A DNA stretch of 64,000 nucleotides from a virus (Duplodnaviria > Caudoviricetes): IMG/VR virus record IMGVR_UViG_3300046694_000619; one strand, 5' to 3'. Shown piece by piece: positions 19,904 through 29,196 of this stretch; position 1 is the first letter of the stretch; each line of letters begins with the position of its first letter. The notes beneath the pieces are model-generated. The model made no database searches. It saw only the letters and a program-made list of their open reading frames with translations, and was not told the DNA's origin. A program made the position numbers and the translations under genes.

Positions 19904-20617
19904 ATGCTCGACGTAGCGATGTATCTGGAGGCTGTCGGAAAGATTGCTGACCGAATCATCCAGCTCTCAAAGCGCCGAGAAGAGCTTCGGCGAAGCGACT
20001 ACCTGGACTTCGTGGCGCCCATCATGGTGGATTTGGATGCGGTCCACAAAGACTATCTGGATAGCTTTCGCCGCTATCAAGTGTTACTCGACGATTCGTC
20101 TCATCGGATTACAAGCAAACATCCGATTTTCGATGCAATGGCAAACGACAACCTTCTTTCAGAGAACCTGCGAGAGCGACTCTACGAACCAGACACGCGG
20201 CTCTACCCTAAAAGCTTCCTTGATAAGCGCAGCGATTTGACTGAGATTTGGTTGGCCATTGTTTTATATCTTGACGGCTGGCAGAGCAACCCGGAAGCTC
20301 AGATTGACGCAATCATTCAAATGTTGCAATCAAGGCGACGAATCATCACTCCGGCAGCAGCGACCTTGCTCCAGGCGAGAAAGGCAGCTATCGAGGCAAA
20401 ATGGAATGAAGAGGACCGCAAGGGCGGTTGGCAAAATATCCGCGCAGCAGCTGCAATCAGCATGCTAGAGCTGGAGGACCTCAACTTGGCTGAAAAGAAA
20501 AAACGAGAATTGGCGAAGCTGATTTTGACCGAAGATGTGAGCCGGCTGCAGCGCAAATACGCGGCCGCGCTTAAGGCCCATAACCAGATAAAATTCAGCT
20601 TGCTGACTTCTCATTGA
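19904..20617 (+). CDS. Hypothetical all-alpha protein
   Basis: AGGAG RBS, 237 aa, lower GC. Confidence 0.6.
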   Translation: MLDVAMYLEAVGKIADRIIQLSKRREELRRSDYLDFVAPIMVDLDAVHKDYLDSFRRYQVLLDDSSHRITSKHPIFDAMANDNLLSENLRERLYEPDTRLYPKSFLDKRSDLTEIWLAIVLYLDGWQSNPEAQIDAIIQMLQSRRRIITPAAATLLQARKAAIEAKWNEEDRKGGWQNIRAAAAISMLELEDLNLAEKKKRELAKLILTEDVSRLQRKYAAALKAHNQIKFSLLTSH

Positions 20618-20618
20618 C

Positions 20619-22544
20619 GTGCCGACTTCTTTGAAATTGAAAATTGGTCATCGCGATGTCAGGGAAGCTGGAGTAATTCCCCAGACCATCCCTCCTCAAC
20701 TCGCCACCGCGGCCAAGCAGCCGCCCGCACAAGGCAACTGGTTCTATCAAATAAAATTCGACGGATTTAGGATGATGACCCGTATCGCGCGCGGGGACAT
20801 CAGACTCATCACGAAGGGCGGACACGACTGGGCGGACAGGATACCCAGGCTCCAGCAGGCACTTGCTCAGTTGCCCGTCGACGAGCTCTGGCTCGACGGA
20901 GAAGCCGTGGTGCTTAATGCAGCGGGCCGCCCGGACTTTGGTGCCCTGCAGAACGCATTCGACCGGCGCAGCACCTCAGACATCATCCTCTTCGTATTCG
21001 ACATCCTGTGGCTGAATGGCGTCGACCTGCGGCCGCTGCCGTTGCGCGAGCGCCGACGCAAACTCGAAGAGTTGCTTGGCCCCTACGAGGGTCCGTTGCT
21101 ACGCGTCGCCGAGGTGTTCCCACATGATGCGCACTCGTTGCTTGCTTCCGCCCGCCAGATGCAGCTCGAAGGCATCATGGCCAAGCGCGCCGACGCGCCA
21201 TACCGGTCGGGCCGCGGGACCGACTGGCTGAAATTGAAGTGCAATCTGCGACAGGAGTTCGTGATTGGCGGCTTCACGCGCCCGCGCGGCGCGAAAGCTG
21301 GCGTGCGCTCGCTCCTGCTCGGCGTGTATGAGCTGGATGGCTCCCTTCGCTACGCCGGCAGCGTGCAGCCTCATCTTTCACCTGCGAAGGCGGCGGCATT
21401 CTATGGCCAGGCGGTACAACTCGCCCAGCGCGCGCCGCCGTTTGCCCGGGAGCCGAAGCTGGAACGCGGTCGCGACTACTACTGGGTCCAGCCAGAGCTC
21501 GTCTGTGAGGTCTCCTTTCTCGAATGGACGCGCGGCGGAGAAATCCGGCACGCGAGTTTCCATGCGTTGCGCACCGATAAGCCCGCGCGCGAGGTCTCCG
21601 CTGAAATCGCGATTGACGTCGATGATGAGGCTCCCGTCGAGGCTACTCGAGGTGCACCTGTCGTACGCGGCATCCGCATCAGCAACCCGGAACGCATCGT
21701 CGACACAAGCGCAGGCCATACGAAGCTCGAGGTCGCACGCTATTACGACGCCATCGCGGAATGGGCACTGCCATATCTGCGCAACCGGCCGCTCTCGCTA
21801 GTGCGCGCGCCGGACGGCATCAGTGGCGAATTGTTCTTTCAGAAGCATGCCGAGCAGTCGAAGATTCCCGGCGTCGAGGAGCTGCCGGCGGGCCTGCATC
21901 CAGGCCACGCGCCACTGTTGGTCGCTAACAGCCAGCGCGCGCTTGTCGGCCTGGCCCAGATGGGCGTCGTCGAGCTGCACACGTGGAATGCCGCAGCTCC
22001 GGACCTTGTCCATCCGGACCGCGTCGTATTCGATTTGGACCCAGACCCCGCATTGTCGTGGCAGACCATGCTCGAGGCGGCGCAACTGCTCAAGCTGGTG
22101 CTCGACGAGCTCGGGCTCGCGTCGTTCGTGAAGACAAGCGGCGGCAAGGGGCTGCACATCATCGTGCCGCTCACGCAGAAGCAGGGGTGGGATGAGGTGA
22201 AGGCGTTTTCAAAGGCCGTCGCGCAGCATCTTGCGAAAGTACTGCCTACTCGCTTCTCTGCGGTCTCGGGACCAAAGAATCGCGTTGGCAAGATATTCGT
22301 CGACTACCTGCGCAATTCGAAGGGCGCTACGTCAGTTGCCGCGTTCTCAGTAAGAGCGCGACCAGGGATGGGCGTGTCAATGCCGGTGTCGTGGGATGAG
22401 GTTGCTTCGCTCAAAAGCGCCGACCAGTGGACCATGCAGTCCGCAGTCGAGCGTCAGCTGCGATTAGGCGGCGACGTCTGGACTGGGTACGCCGACGTGC
22501 GTCAGGGAATCACGGCGGCCATGCGACGCGCGCTAATCGCCTAG
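20619..22544 (+). CDS. ligD: NHEJ DNA ligase D (ligase and primase-polymerase domains, no phosphoesterase domain)
   Basis: KFDGFR, LDGE, EGIMAK, WLKLK; DRVVFDLDP, KTSGGKGLH, DYLRN. Confidence 0.93.
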   Translation: MPTSLKLKIGHRDVREAGVIPQTIPPQLATAAKQPPAQGNWFYQIKFDGFRMMTRIARGDIRLITKGGHDWADRIPRLQQALAQLPVDELWLDGEAVVLNAAGRPDFGALQNAFDRRSTSDIILFVFDILWLNGVDLRPLPLRERRRKLEELLGPYEGPLLRVAEVFPHDAHSLLASARQMQLEGIMAKRADAPYRSGRGTDWLKLKCNLRQEFVIGGFTRPRGAKAGVRSLLLGVYELDGSLRYAGSVQPHLSPAKAAAFYGQAVQLAQRAPPFAREPKLERGRDYYWVQPELVCEVSFLEWTRGGEIRHASFHALRTDKPAREVSAEIAIDVDDEAPVEATRGAPVVRGIRISNPERIVDTSAGHTKLEVARYYDAIAEWALPYLRNRPLSLVRAPDGISGELFFQKHAEQSKIPGVEELPAGLHPGHAPLLVANSQRALVGLAQMGVVELHTWNAAAPDLVHPDRVVFDLDPDPALSWQTMLEAAQLLKLVLDELGLASFVKTSGGKGLHIIVPLTQKQGWDEVKAFSKAVAQHLAKVLPTRFSAVSGPKNRVGKIFVDYLRNSKGATSVAAFSVRARPGMGVSMPVSWDEVASLKSADQWTMQSAVERQLRLGGDVWTGYADVRQGITAAMRRALIA

Positions 22545-22553
22545 CTGCGGAGG

Positions 22554-23009
22554 CTAGTTTGGAGCACGAGACTGAACGCTGAAGTACATGCGCGTGTACT
22601 TGCCCGCCGTGAATTTCCAACGCTCCTCTTGGTCGGACCCAGCATTTCCGCCAATGATAGTTATCGTTGGATGCTGGGCGTTCGACCGGCTGGTCCGAAT
22701 GACGTAGCCGGCCGCTTCAAACAGGACTTTCGGAATCGGACCGGACGTAACTATCCATACAGGAGCGGTAGCACTTCCCCAGCATGTCGAGCTTGTCGTG
22801 ACCGCATCAAGCCCCGCGTCGAGCGGATGCCGCTGGAGTGGTTTGCAGTCCACGTCACCAGGAAGCTGAGCATATTTCTGAATGAGATTGCTGAGATATG
22901 GTGACGCGGGCTGCCAATCCTTGCTTTCAACAGAAATTTCAGCGGCCAGGGTAAGCGATGCGCAACCCAGAAGGCCGAGAGCCAACGAGGCTCGAACGAA
23001 TTTCATCAT
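22554..23009 (-). CDS. Secreted hypothetical protein (paralogue of the next gene)
   Basis: Signal peptide; EISVESKDW..ASP and C.....APVWIV. Confidence 0.6.
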   Translation of the reverse strand: MMKFVRASLALGLLGCASLTLAAEISVESKDWQPASPYLSNLIQKYAQLPGDVDCKPLQRHPLDAGLDAVTTSSTCWGSATAPVWIVTSGPIPKVLFEAAGYVIRTSRSNAQHPTITIIGGNAGSDQEERWKFTAGKYTRMYFSVQSRAPN

Positions 23010-23453
23010 TTATCGAATCCCGTCCCGGTAGAACTGGCGCGAGTATCGGCCTTCCCGGCGCTCCCACCGTTCTTCGTGGCCGATACCAGGTCGGCCGCCG
23101 ACGAAAGTTATGAGCGGGCGGTCATGTCCCATTCTGGTCGTTCGAATGAGCCCGCCCGTGCCTTCGACAATGACCGTCATCGTAATGGGGTCGACAATCC
23201 AAATCGGCGCTACGGCACCGAAATGGCAGATTGGGTTGGTCGTAAGGACGAAAAGGCCGTCCTCGAGCGCGTGCACCCGCAGCGGTCTGCATCGCACATC
23301 GAGCGGAACGGCTGACCGGGCTTCGATAACGTGCGTGAACACAGGAGAGGCGACGAGCCAGTCGTCACTGTCGATTGAGATTTCAGTTGCGAAAGCAGAG
23401 TGCGCAAGCATTGCGGTACCAACCGCCAGAGCGGCTCGGAAGAGTTTCACCAT
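23010..23453 (-). CDS. Secreted hypothetical protein
   Basis: Signal peptide; EISIDSDDW..ASP and C.....APIWIV. Confidence 0.6.
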   Translation of the reverse strand: MVKLFRAALAVGTAMLAHSAFATEISIDSDDWLVASPVFTHVIEARSAVPLDVRCRPLRVHALEDGLFVLTTNPICHFGAVAPIWIVDPITMTVIVEGTGGLIRTTRMGHDRPLITFVGGRPGIGHEERWERREGRYSRQFYRDGIR

Positions 23454-23455
23454 GG

Positions 23456-23896
23456 TCACGCTCCCGGGCACATAACGCGACCGCGCTTGACGTGCCGCTG
23501 GTCAACCAGCTTCGGGTCAATGGCCGCGGCTTGCTCGTACGCATAACGCGCTGTCACGCAATCCTTGCGCACCGCGCTGACGAAAGAGAGGTCCGCCTGG
23601 GCGTCACCGTTGCTTGGAGCCACGCGCGTGGCGGAGACGAGCACAGCCTGCGCGTTGTCGAAGTCCTGCAGGCGCATCAGGGCGCGCCCGAGCTCGCCCA
23701 TCAGTACGCCATCGGAGGAGTCGACAGACTGGATGAAGATGCGCACGCCGGCCTGGTAATCCGACTGGCTTTGGGCCTGGTCCCGGATGAACCGAATCTT
23801 CTCGAGGAAGAAATCATCGGGCGTGTTGGCCATAGCGCTCGCGACGGCCAGACCAAGGCCGAGCGCCAGCAGAGTTTTCTTGAACATCAGGAGCAT
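23456..23896 (-). CDS. Secreted TPR protein
   Basis: Signal peptide; TPR-like LGRAL...A...L..A..VAP. Confidence 0.65.
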   Translation of the reverse strand: MLLMFKKTLLALGLGLAVASAMANTPDDFFLEKIRFIRDQAQSQSDYQAGVRIFIQSVDSSDGVLMGELGRALMRLQDFDNAQAVLVSATRVAPSNGDAQADLSFVSAVRKDCVTARYAYEQAAAIDPKLVDQRHVKRGRVMCPGA

Positions 23897-23929
23897 TTCT
23901 CCGTGATAGAGGATGCTCCCGTATAGCTT

Positions 23930-24343
23930 TTACGATGACCCGTCTGAGTGGCGCTTGAGCAATTCCGTGATGGGCACAGAGACACTGCTGTCTATCGACG
24001 CCTCGAGCCGCGTCTTACCCCAGAGTCGGTGCCGGACTTCCTGGAACAGGGCCACGTTTTTGCGGCATCTCGCTTCCGTCTCCTTGCCCGGCGCCGAGTC
24101 TGCCAGTGATTGTTCCCACTGCTGCCCGTACAGAAGCGCGAGCATCGCGGCGCGAAGCTCGTTGGAAGTCATCTTCGCGAGCTTCTTTCCTTTGATGGCC
24201 GTGAGGCCCGCTATCTCTTCCCGAATGGTGTCGGCCGCAGGCCCTTCGCCCGAATAGGCATCGAGCAAGGATTCGCGGTCGAGCAGCGCCCATTCGCGCG
24301 CGCGTTGCACCAGGGTGTCGTCAGAGTAGCGGGGCACGTTCAA
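23930..24343 (-). CDS. Hypothetical protein
   Basis: 137-aa ORF within a minus-strand gene run. Confidence 0.5.
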   Translation of the reverse strand: MNVPRYSDDTLVQRAREWALLDRESLLDAYSGEGPAADTIREEIAGLTAIKGKKLAKMTSNELRAAMLALLYGQQWEQSLADSAPGKETEARCRKNVALFQEVRHRLWGKTRLEASIDSSVSVPITELLKRHSDGSS

Positions 24344-24384
24344 TCACTCAGCGTAAATGGCGGGTCATTTGAGCATGAATGTGC

Positions 24385-24851
24385 TCAAGCGTCCACCAGG
24401 CCCAGCTTCGCCATGATGACCGCGAACACCGCCTCCCAGTCGCCTGTGAAGGGGATGAGCGTGCCTGGAAAATTCTGCGCGTTGGCCCACTTGGGCATGT
24501 CGTCGACCAGAAAGTCTCGCGCCGTGCCCACCGCGCCTTTGTCCGGCGAGATGATGACCTTGTCGTGCAGCTTCGGCAGCATGTCGATGGTCCACAACAG
24601 TTTTTCAGTCGCGGCGTAGGGGTTGCTTCCGGGAATCTTGGTGAGTCCCCACGGGTCCAGTCCGAGTGTTTCCACGCGGTCAACCGCTTCCGACGCACCT
24701 TTGATAGCGACAAGTGCCGGTAGGCGCCGGCCACGCGCTTGAATTGCGTGGGCGTCATCCCTTGGGCCGTAGCCGCGCCGATGAAGTCCCCCGTCGTGCC
24801 GTCAAAATCGAAATAGACGCGGGGCACGTCGCGATAGTTTCTGACTCCCAT
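24385..24851 (-). pseudogene. Frameshifted HAD-family 5'(3')-nucleotidase-like gene
   Basis: VYFDFDGT in one frame; LTK, K..W, DK, LVDD in the frame of ORF 24385..24675; 1-nt shift near 24705. Confidence 0.7.
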
Positions 24852-24868
24852 ATCGAATCCTTACTTGG

Positions 24869-25243
24869 TCAATTGCATTGTGTGTTGCGCATAGGCACCT
24901 GATAGACGTCGAAATTGTCGTCAATCTGGTGCGCTTCAACGATGGTGACGACTGCATTGCAGACGTCGTCGTGCGGAAATTCCACCGTATGCACGGTGGT
25001 ATGCCGCAAACGTACCGGCGCAGTCCCTTCGTACCGCACAGGCTTGAGCTTGGTGTGGTACTTCGGCTCCCACGTCACCGAGATGCGTGCGTGCTGTGCG
25101 TTATCCACGGTCATCGTGTACTGGGTCGGTCCGCGGAATACAGCCGTTGCGTTCGCCATACACGCGGGACCGCATCCTTCCTGCGAGGCTAGGGCGGCAA
25201 GCGGTGCCAAGCTCAGCAGCGCGGCGAAAAACAGCTTCTTCAT
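24869..25243 (-). CDS. Secreted hypothetical protein
   Basis: MKKLFFAALLSLAPLAALA signal peptide. Confidence 0.6.
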   Translation of the reverse strand: MKKLFFAALLSLAPLAALASQEGCGPACMANATAVFRGPTQYTMTVDNAQHARISVTWEPKYHTKLKPVRYEGTAPVRLRHTTVHTVEFPHDDVCNAVVTIVEAHQIDDNFDVYQVPMRNTQCN

Positions 25244-25266
25244 CTTTTGCCTCTCGATAGTTCGGG

Positions 25267-25785
25267 TTACGCAGTGCAGGCGTCGCAGCGAACCTTCCGG
25301 TTCTGCATGCAATAAGACGGGGGAGTCGCGCACGCGTTGGTCACCGCGCTGACCAGGTTGTCGATGTTGCCCGGGTCGATGGCGTAGTGCACGAACTGCG
25401 GGCAGGCATCGTCCCAGGCCGTGACCGCCGTTACGCTCTCTCGAGCCTGATTGGCAGGCGCACCCGACAGAACCCCTTTCATTGCCGGCGACAGCCTCAA
25501 AGTCAGGTCGTTCGCGACCAGCGGAGAAACCTCGTGAACAGCGGCATCCACGCGGATGTTGCGTTCACGCAGCCAGGTCAACGCGGAAGCTAATCCGGCC
25601 GCAATGGGCTCACCCGTAAATTCAAAGCGATGTAGCACCGCACCCCGCGGGTCATGCAGCACCGCCACCCCCGGCGTTCCGAGACACGCGTGCCCTTGAA
25701 GTGCGAGCTCCGGCGCGCCACCGTCGACGACGCAGAGGGATAGCTCAATCCGGCCCGCCTTGGGCGCGAGAATCAAAATATTCAT
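25267..25785 (-). CDS. Hypothetical protein with remote resemblance to the acetate-kinase N-terminus
   Basis: MNILIL...L.L start and AAVHEV; catalytic motifs degenerate. Confidence 0.4.
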   Translation of the reverse strand: MNILILAPKAGRIELSLCVVDGGAPELALQGHACLGTPGVAVLHDPRGAVLHRFEFTGEPIAAGLASALTWLRERNIRVDAAVHEVSPLVANDLTLRLSPAMKGVLSGAPANQARESVTAVTAWDDACPQFVHYAIDPGNIDNLVSAVTNACATPPSYCMQNRKVRCDACTA

Positions 25786-25933
25786 GGGTTTGGGTCTCCG
25801 GGACGCCGATTTCGATAGCGAATTATACCATTAAATAAGCATCACGCCGCGTCGGTCTGCATCCGTATACCGTAAAATTGGCATTCGGCACATTTAACGG
25901 TATACTAGCGACGACCCACTCGAAAGCATCGCT

Positions 25934-27124
25934 ATGACCACTATCGCCCGCGCGAGGACCTCGCACGCCCACGAAAATCTCAACATCCTCGAAACCGTCG
26001 CCCGAGCCGGATGGCAGGATGCGAACGTTCTCCGGCCTGACCAGGTACTCGGTGGAGTTGTAAAGTTGCTACTCGGAAACCAATACATCTGCGTCCGCCT
26101 AGTGGTGAACGACGGCGGGGATACTGGCCCGCTACTTGGCGCCATTGAGCGAGACGTGCTCAACCGTTCGGACTACCTGGAGTCCTACATCATCCTGGCC
26201 GGGTACCCGAATGCAGAAATCAAGTCGTATAAAGCTAGGCTTTCAGCTATCAAGTCGAAACTGGTGACGGCGGGGTCGCCTGAAGCGTTTATCGTATGGC
26301 TCCGCGGTAGGCTTGGGCCATTGGCAAAGCTCCCGCTGTCCTCGCCTTTGCGAAAATTGGCTGAACCGTTTCGATGCGCAATCGGGAAGCCCGAGCCGCT
26401 TGAAAAACGGCCGATAGTCGGCTCATACGTGGGTTCGCCTATCGAGCCTTCGTACGCATTGGGTCAGTTGGGGGTACAGGCTATCGCGACACTTATCGGC
26501 TACACGAGGAGTGAAAGTGACGTCATCAATCTGGAAGCTGACCGCAAGTGGCAACGTAAAGATGTCGATTTGGAAATTCGCGAATTCACTACGCTGCTCA
26601 ATAGAATTCTTGTCGAAGTGAAAAACGAAGATAAATATACAGGGAACTTAGTTCTCGAGAAATACAGCAAATATGCTTGGAAGAAAGACTGGTTCGTCAT
26701 GAAAGACGGCCAGTACGTCGTAAAGAATGGCCGCTATGTTAAAAGGCCGGACCGGCACGACATGGGAAACGATAAAACGGCCGGGTGGTTCAAGTACAGT
26801 GAGGCGGAATGTCTCGTCACTTGCCTGTGGAAGTCGAAAGACGTCGTGATTTTTGACATGGAGAAGCTACGGGAATGGGTGGCATCCAGGCTCAAGAAAA
26901 TTCCGCTATTAGAAGGTACTGTACCGCAACAGGATTATCTGTCGCAATTCTATTGCGTGGACATCAACGAAGTCCTTACGGACCTGCCGGACGCGGTACA
27001 TCTTCGGCTTTCTGATTGGCTTCCGAATCTGTATGGGAATCAAGAGAGTTTGCAGCCCAGCTTGGTACACGCCAGTGTGCAAAGTGAGAAGACGCTGTTT
27101 CCGTTGCGTCTTGACTTTGCCTAG
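25934..27124 (+). CDS. Putative PD-(D/E)XK nuclease-fold protein
   Basis: KDVDL...ILVEVKNE...NLVLE; lower GC. Confidence 0.55.
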   Translation: MTTIARARTSHAHENLNILETVARAGWQDANVLRPDQVLGGVVKLLLGNQYICVRLVVNDGGDTGPLLGAIERDVLNRSDYLESYIILAGYPNAEIKSYKARLSAIKSKLVTAGSPEAFIVWLRGRLGPLAKLPLSSPLRKLAEPFRCAIGKPEPLEKRPIVGSYVGSPIEPSYALGQLGVQAIATLIGYTRSESDVINLEADRKWQRKDVDLEIREFTTLLNRILVEVKNEDKYTGNLVLEKYSKYAWKKDWFVMKDGQYVVKNGRYVKRPDRHDMGNDKTAGWFKYSEAECLVTCLWKSKDVVIFDMEKLREWVASRLKKIPLLEGTVPQQDYLSQFYCVDINEVLTDLPDAVHLRLSDWLPNLYGNQESLQPSLVHASVQSEKTLFPLRLDFA

Positions 27125-27128
27125 TCGC

Positions 27129-27365
27129 CTACTTCCGGTTGCCGTTCTGGACGAAGTAGCCGGACTCGAAGGCGTGCTTAAGCCGCTTGTATAGGTCCAC
27201 TGCGCGCTCCGGACTACCCTCGTAAGGCATCTCGAAGCCGACGACCTTGTACATGTGCTGGCCCGTCACAGGACCAATCCGATGCTCAATCTGGAGACCT
27301 TCGGGAACAACAAACGGCACAGTCGGGGTTTCAGGCGTGGGGGCAGTCGGTTTGACGGAGGGCAT
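27129..27365 (-). CDS. Hypothetical protein
   Basis: 78-aa ORF filling the gap between genes. Confidence 0.4.
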   Translation of the reverse strand: MPSVKPTAPTPETPTVPFVVPEGLQIEHRIGPVTGQHMYKVVGFEMPYEGSPERAVDLYKRLKHAFESGYFVQNGNRK

Positions 27366-27429
27366 GATGTTGGACGCGGCTTATACTTTTGAATGACTTT
27401 CAGTATAACATAAAAGAACCTTTCACGAT

Positions 27430-29169
27430 ATGAAGCCCCGGTTTACCCTCTCCCGGATTTCGCTTGTCGGTGCCTTGCTCACAGCATCCGCCGCGGCATT
27501 CGCCTCGGACTATTTCGTCGTGGTGCCGGTGCCGAATCGCACTGCCACCGCAGGCAATATTCTCGTGACGCTCCACGGCTATTCGCTACCGGCCGGCGTG
27601 GTCGGCCGCGCATACCCGGGGTTCGACTTCAACTCCGCGCTGCAGGTGCAAGGCGACCCGAGCTATGACCCGGCCAATGTACGCTGGTCTGTTGCGGGCG
27701 GCGCGCTGCCCGCGGGACTCTCGCTTTCCGCCGACGGAAAGCTGGGCGGTACTCCAACAGCGGGCGCGACTTCGAGTTTCCAAGTCCTGGCTGCCTACAA
27801 AACGAAGGCTGGACAGCAGGCTTATCAGGTGCTGGTCGCTGACATCACCGTCGCGCTCGCGGCTGATTCAGCGATGTCTGCCGGTGTCCAGGGCGCACCC
27901 TACAGCTACGACCTGACTTCGCGGCTGACCGTCACTGGCGACGCGCAATACACGCCGGCACAGGTTACATGGTCGCTCGCCGGCGGCTCGCTGCCGGCAG
28001 GCCTGCAGCTGAACACGAACGGCACCATCACCGGCGTGCCGAGCGCGGAGGGGACGTTTCCATTCACGGTAAAGGCCAGCTATCTGAACAAAGCCGGCCA
28101 GCAAAGCTATCAGGTCATCGTAGGCGCCATCACGGTGAGCCTGACGGGCGCCGCGCTGCCGGCAATGCTGGCGGGGGCGGCCATTCCCGCGTATGACCTG
28201 AAGCAGAATCTCTCGATTTCTGGCGACGCAGCCTATGCCGGGGATGGTGCAGGGGTGACCTGGAGCGTCACCGGCTCGCTTCCCGCGGGCCTCACGCTGG
28301 GCGCCGATGGGCGTGTCACGGGCACGCCGACGGCCGTTGGCAACTCAAGCCTCGCGGTCACCGCCGGGTACAAGAGCAAGGTGACGGCCCCGGCCACCTA
28401 CACCATGTCGGTCACCGCCAATCTGAAGGACAACGGCAGCTACCGCGCGTGGTCCGACGGAACGTATGCGGCAAGCTGCCAGGCCTACCTGAGCGCGAGC
28501 GCGCCTTATAACTACGCCGGCGCAACGGGCAATGGGGTGTACCGCGTCAACATCGGCGGGACGCCGACAGACGTCTATTGCAACCAGACGCTCAATGGTG
28601 GCGGCTGGACGCTCGTTATGAAGCAGGCAGCCGGTGACGGCGGGACGTTGGAGGGCGATACGGGCTACTGGACAAGTGGCACGACGCTTAATGACACGGC
28701 GTCCGGGCGTAACACGAACGACGGAAACTTCGTGTCGACGGCCTTCGCGCGCATGAGCGCGACGCAATACATGCTGCAGGCAGCCAACGAGTCTACGGTC
28801 AAGACCTATGTGCGCAGTGCCTCGACGCCGCAATTCGCATTCAGCGATTCAACGCGCACCATGCGGCAAGACCCGAATGGGACCAGCGCAACGACGGACT
28901 GGTTCATCCACACGTCCGCCTATCCGAATGGACAGGCTCTGACGGTTGCCATATTCGGCGTGAACTTCCAGGAACTCTACAGCGCGAACGCCTTTGCGTG
29001 CGGCGCGCGCTGGGGATGGGCCGCCAACCAGGATTCTGGAAGCAGCTTTGTGGGCACGTTCGACGCTTGCGGTGGCTTGGGAGCCTATGGAGACGCCTAC
29101 GGCTCCTCTGGCATGAATGGGACCAAGAATGCCTGGCAGCCGGCCACGCTTTACCTCTGGGCGAAGTAA
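27430..29169 (+). CDS. Secreted putative-Ig repeat protein with fibrinogen-like C-terminal head (paralogue 2)
   Basis: SDYFVVVPVPNRT; three repeats; SC..Y...G.Y...VYC..T.NGGGWT. Confidence 0.8.
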   Translation: MKPRFTLSRISLVGALLTASAAAFASDYFVVVPVPNRTATAGNILVTLHGYSLPAGVVGRAYPGFDFNSALQVQGDPSYDPANVRWSVAGGALPAGLSLSADGKLGGTPTAGATSSFQVLAAYKTKAGQQAYQVLVADITVALAADSAMSAGVQGAPYSYDLTSRLTVTGDAQYTPAQVTWSLAGGSLPAGLQLNTNGTITGVPSAEGTFPFTVKASYLNKAGQQSYQVIVGAITVSLTGAALPAMLAGAAIPAYDLKQNLSISGDAAYAGDGAGVTWSVTGSLPAGLTLGADGRVTGTPTAVGNSSLAVTAGYKSKVTAPATYTMSVTANLKDNGSYRAWSDGTYAASCQAYLSASAPYNYAGATGNGVYRVNIGGTPTDVYCNQTLNGGGWTLVMKQAAGDGGTLEGDTGYWTSGTTLNDTASGRNTNDGNFVSTAFARMSATQYMLQAANESTVKTYVRSASTPQFAFSDSTRTMRQDPNGTSATTDWFIHTSAYPNGQALTVAIFGVNFQELYSANAFACGARWGWAANQDSGSSFVGTFDACGGLGAYGDAYGSSGMNGTKNAWQPATLYLWAK

Positions 29170-29196
29170 CCACCGCCCCCACGACACGGAATCACA

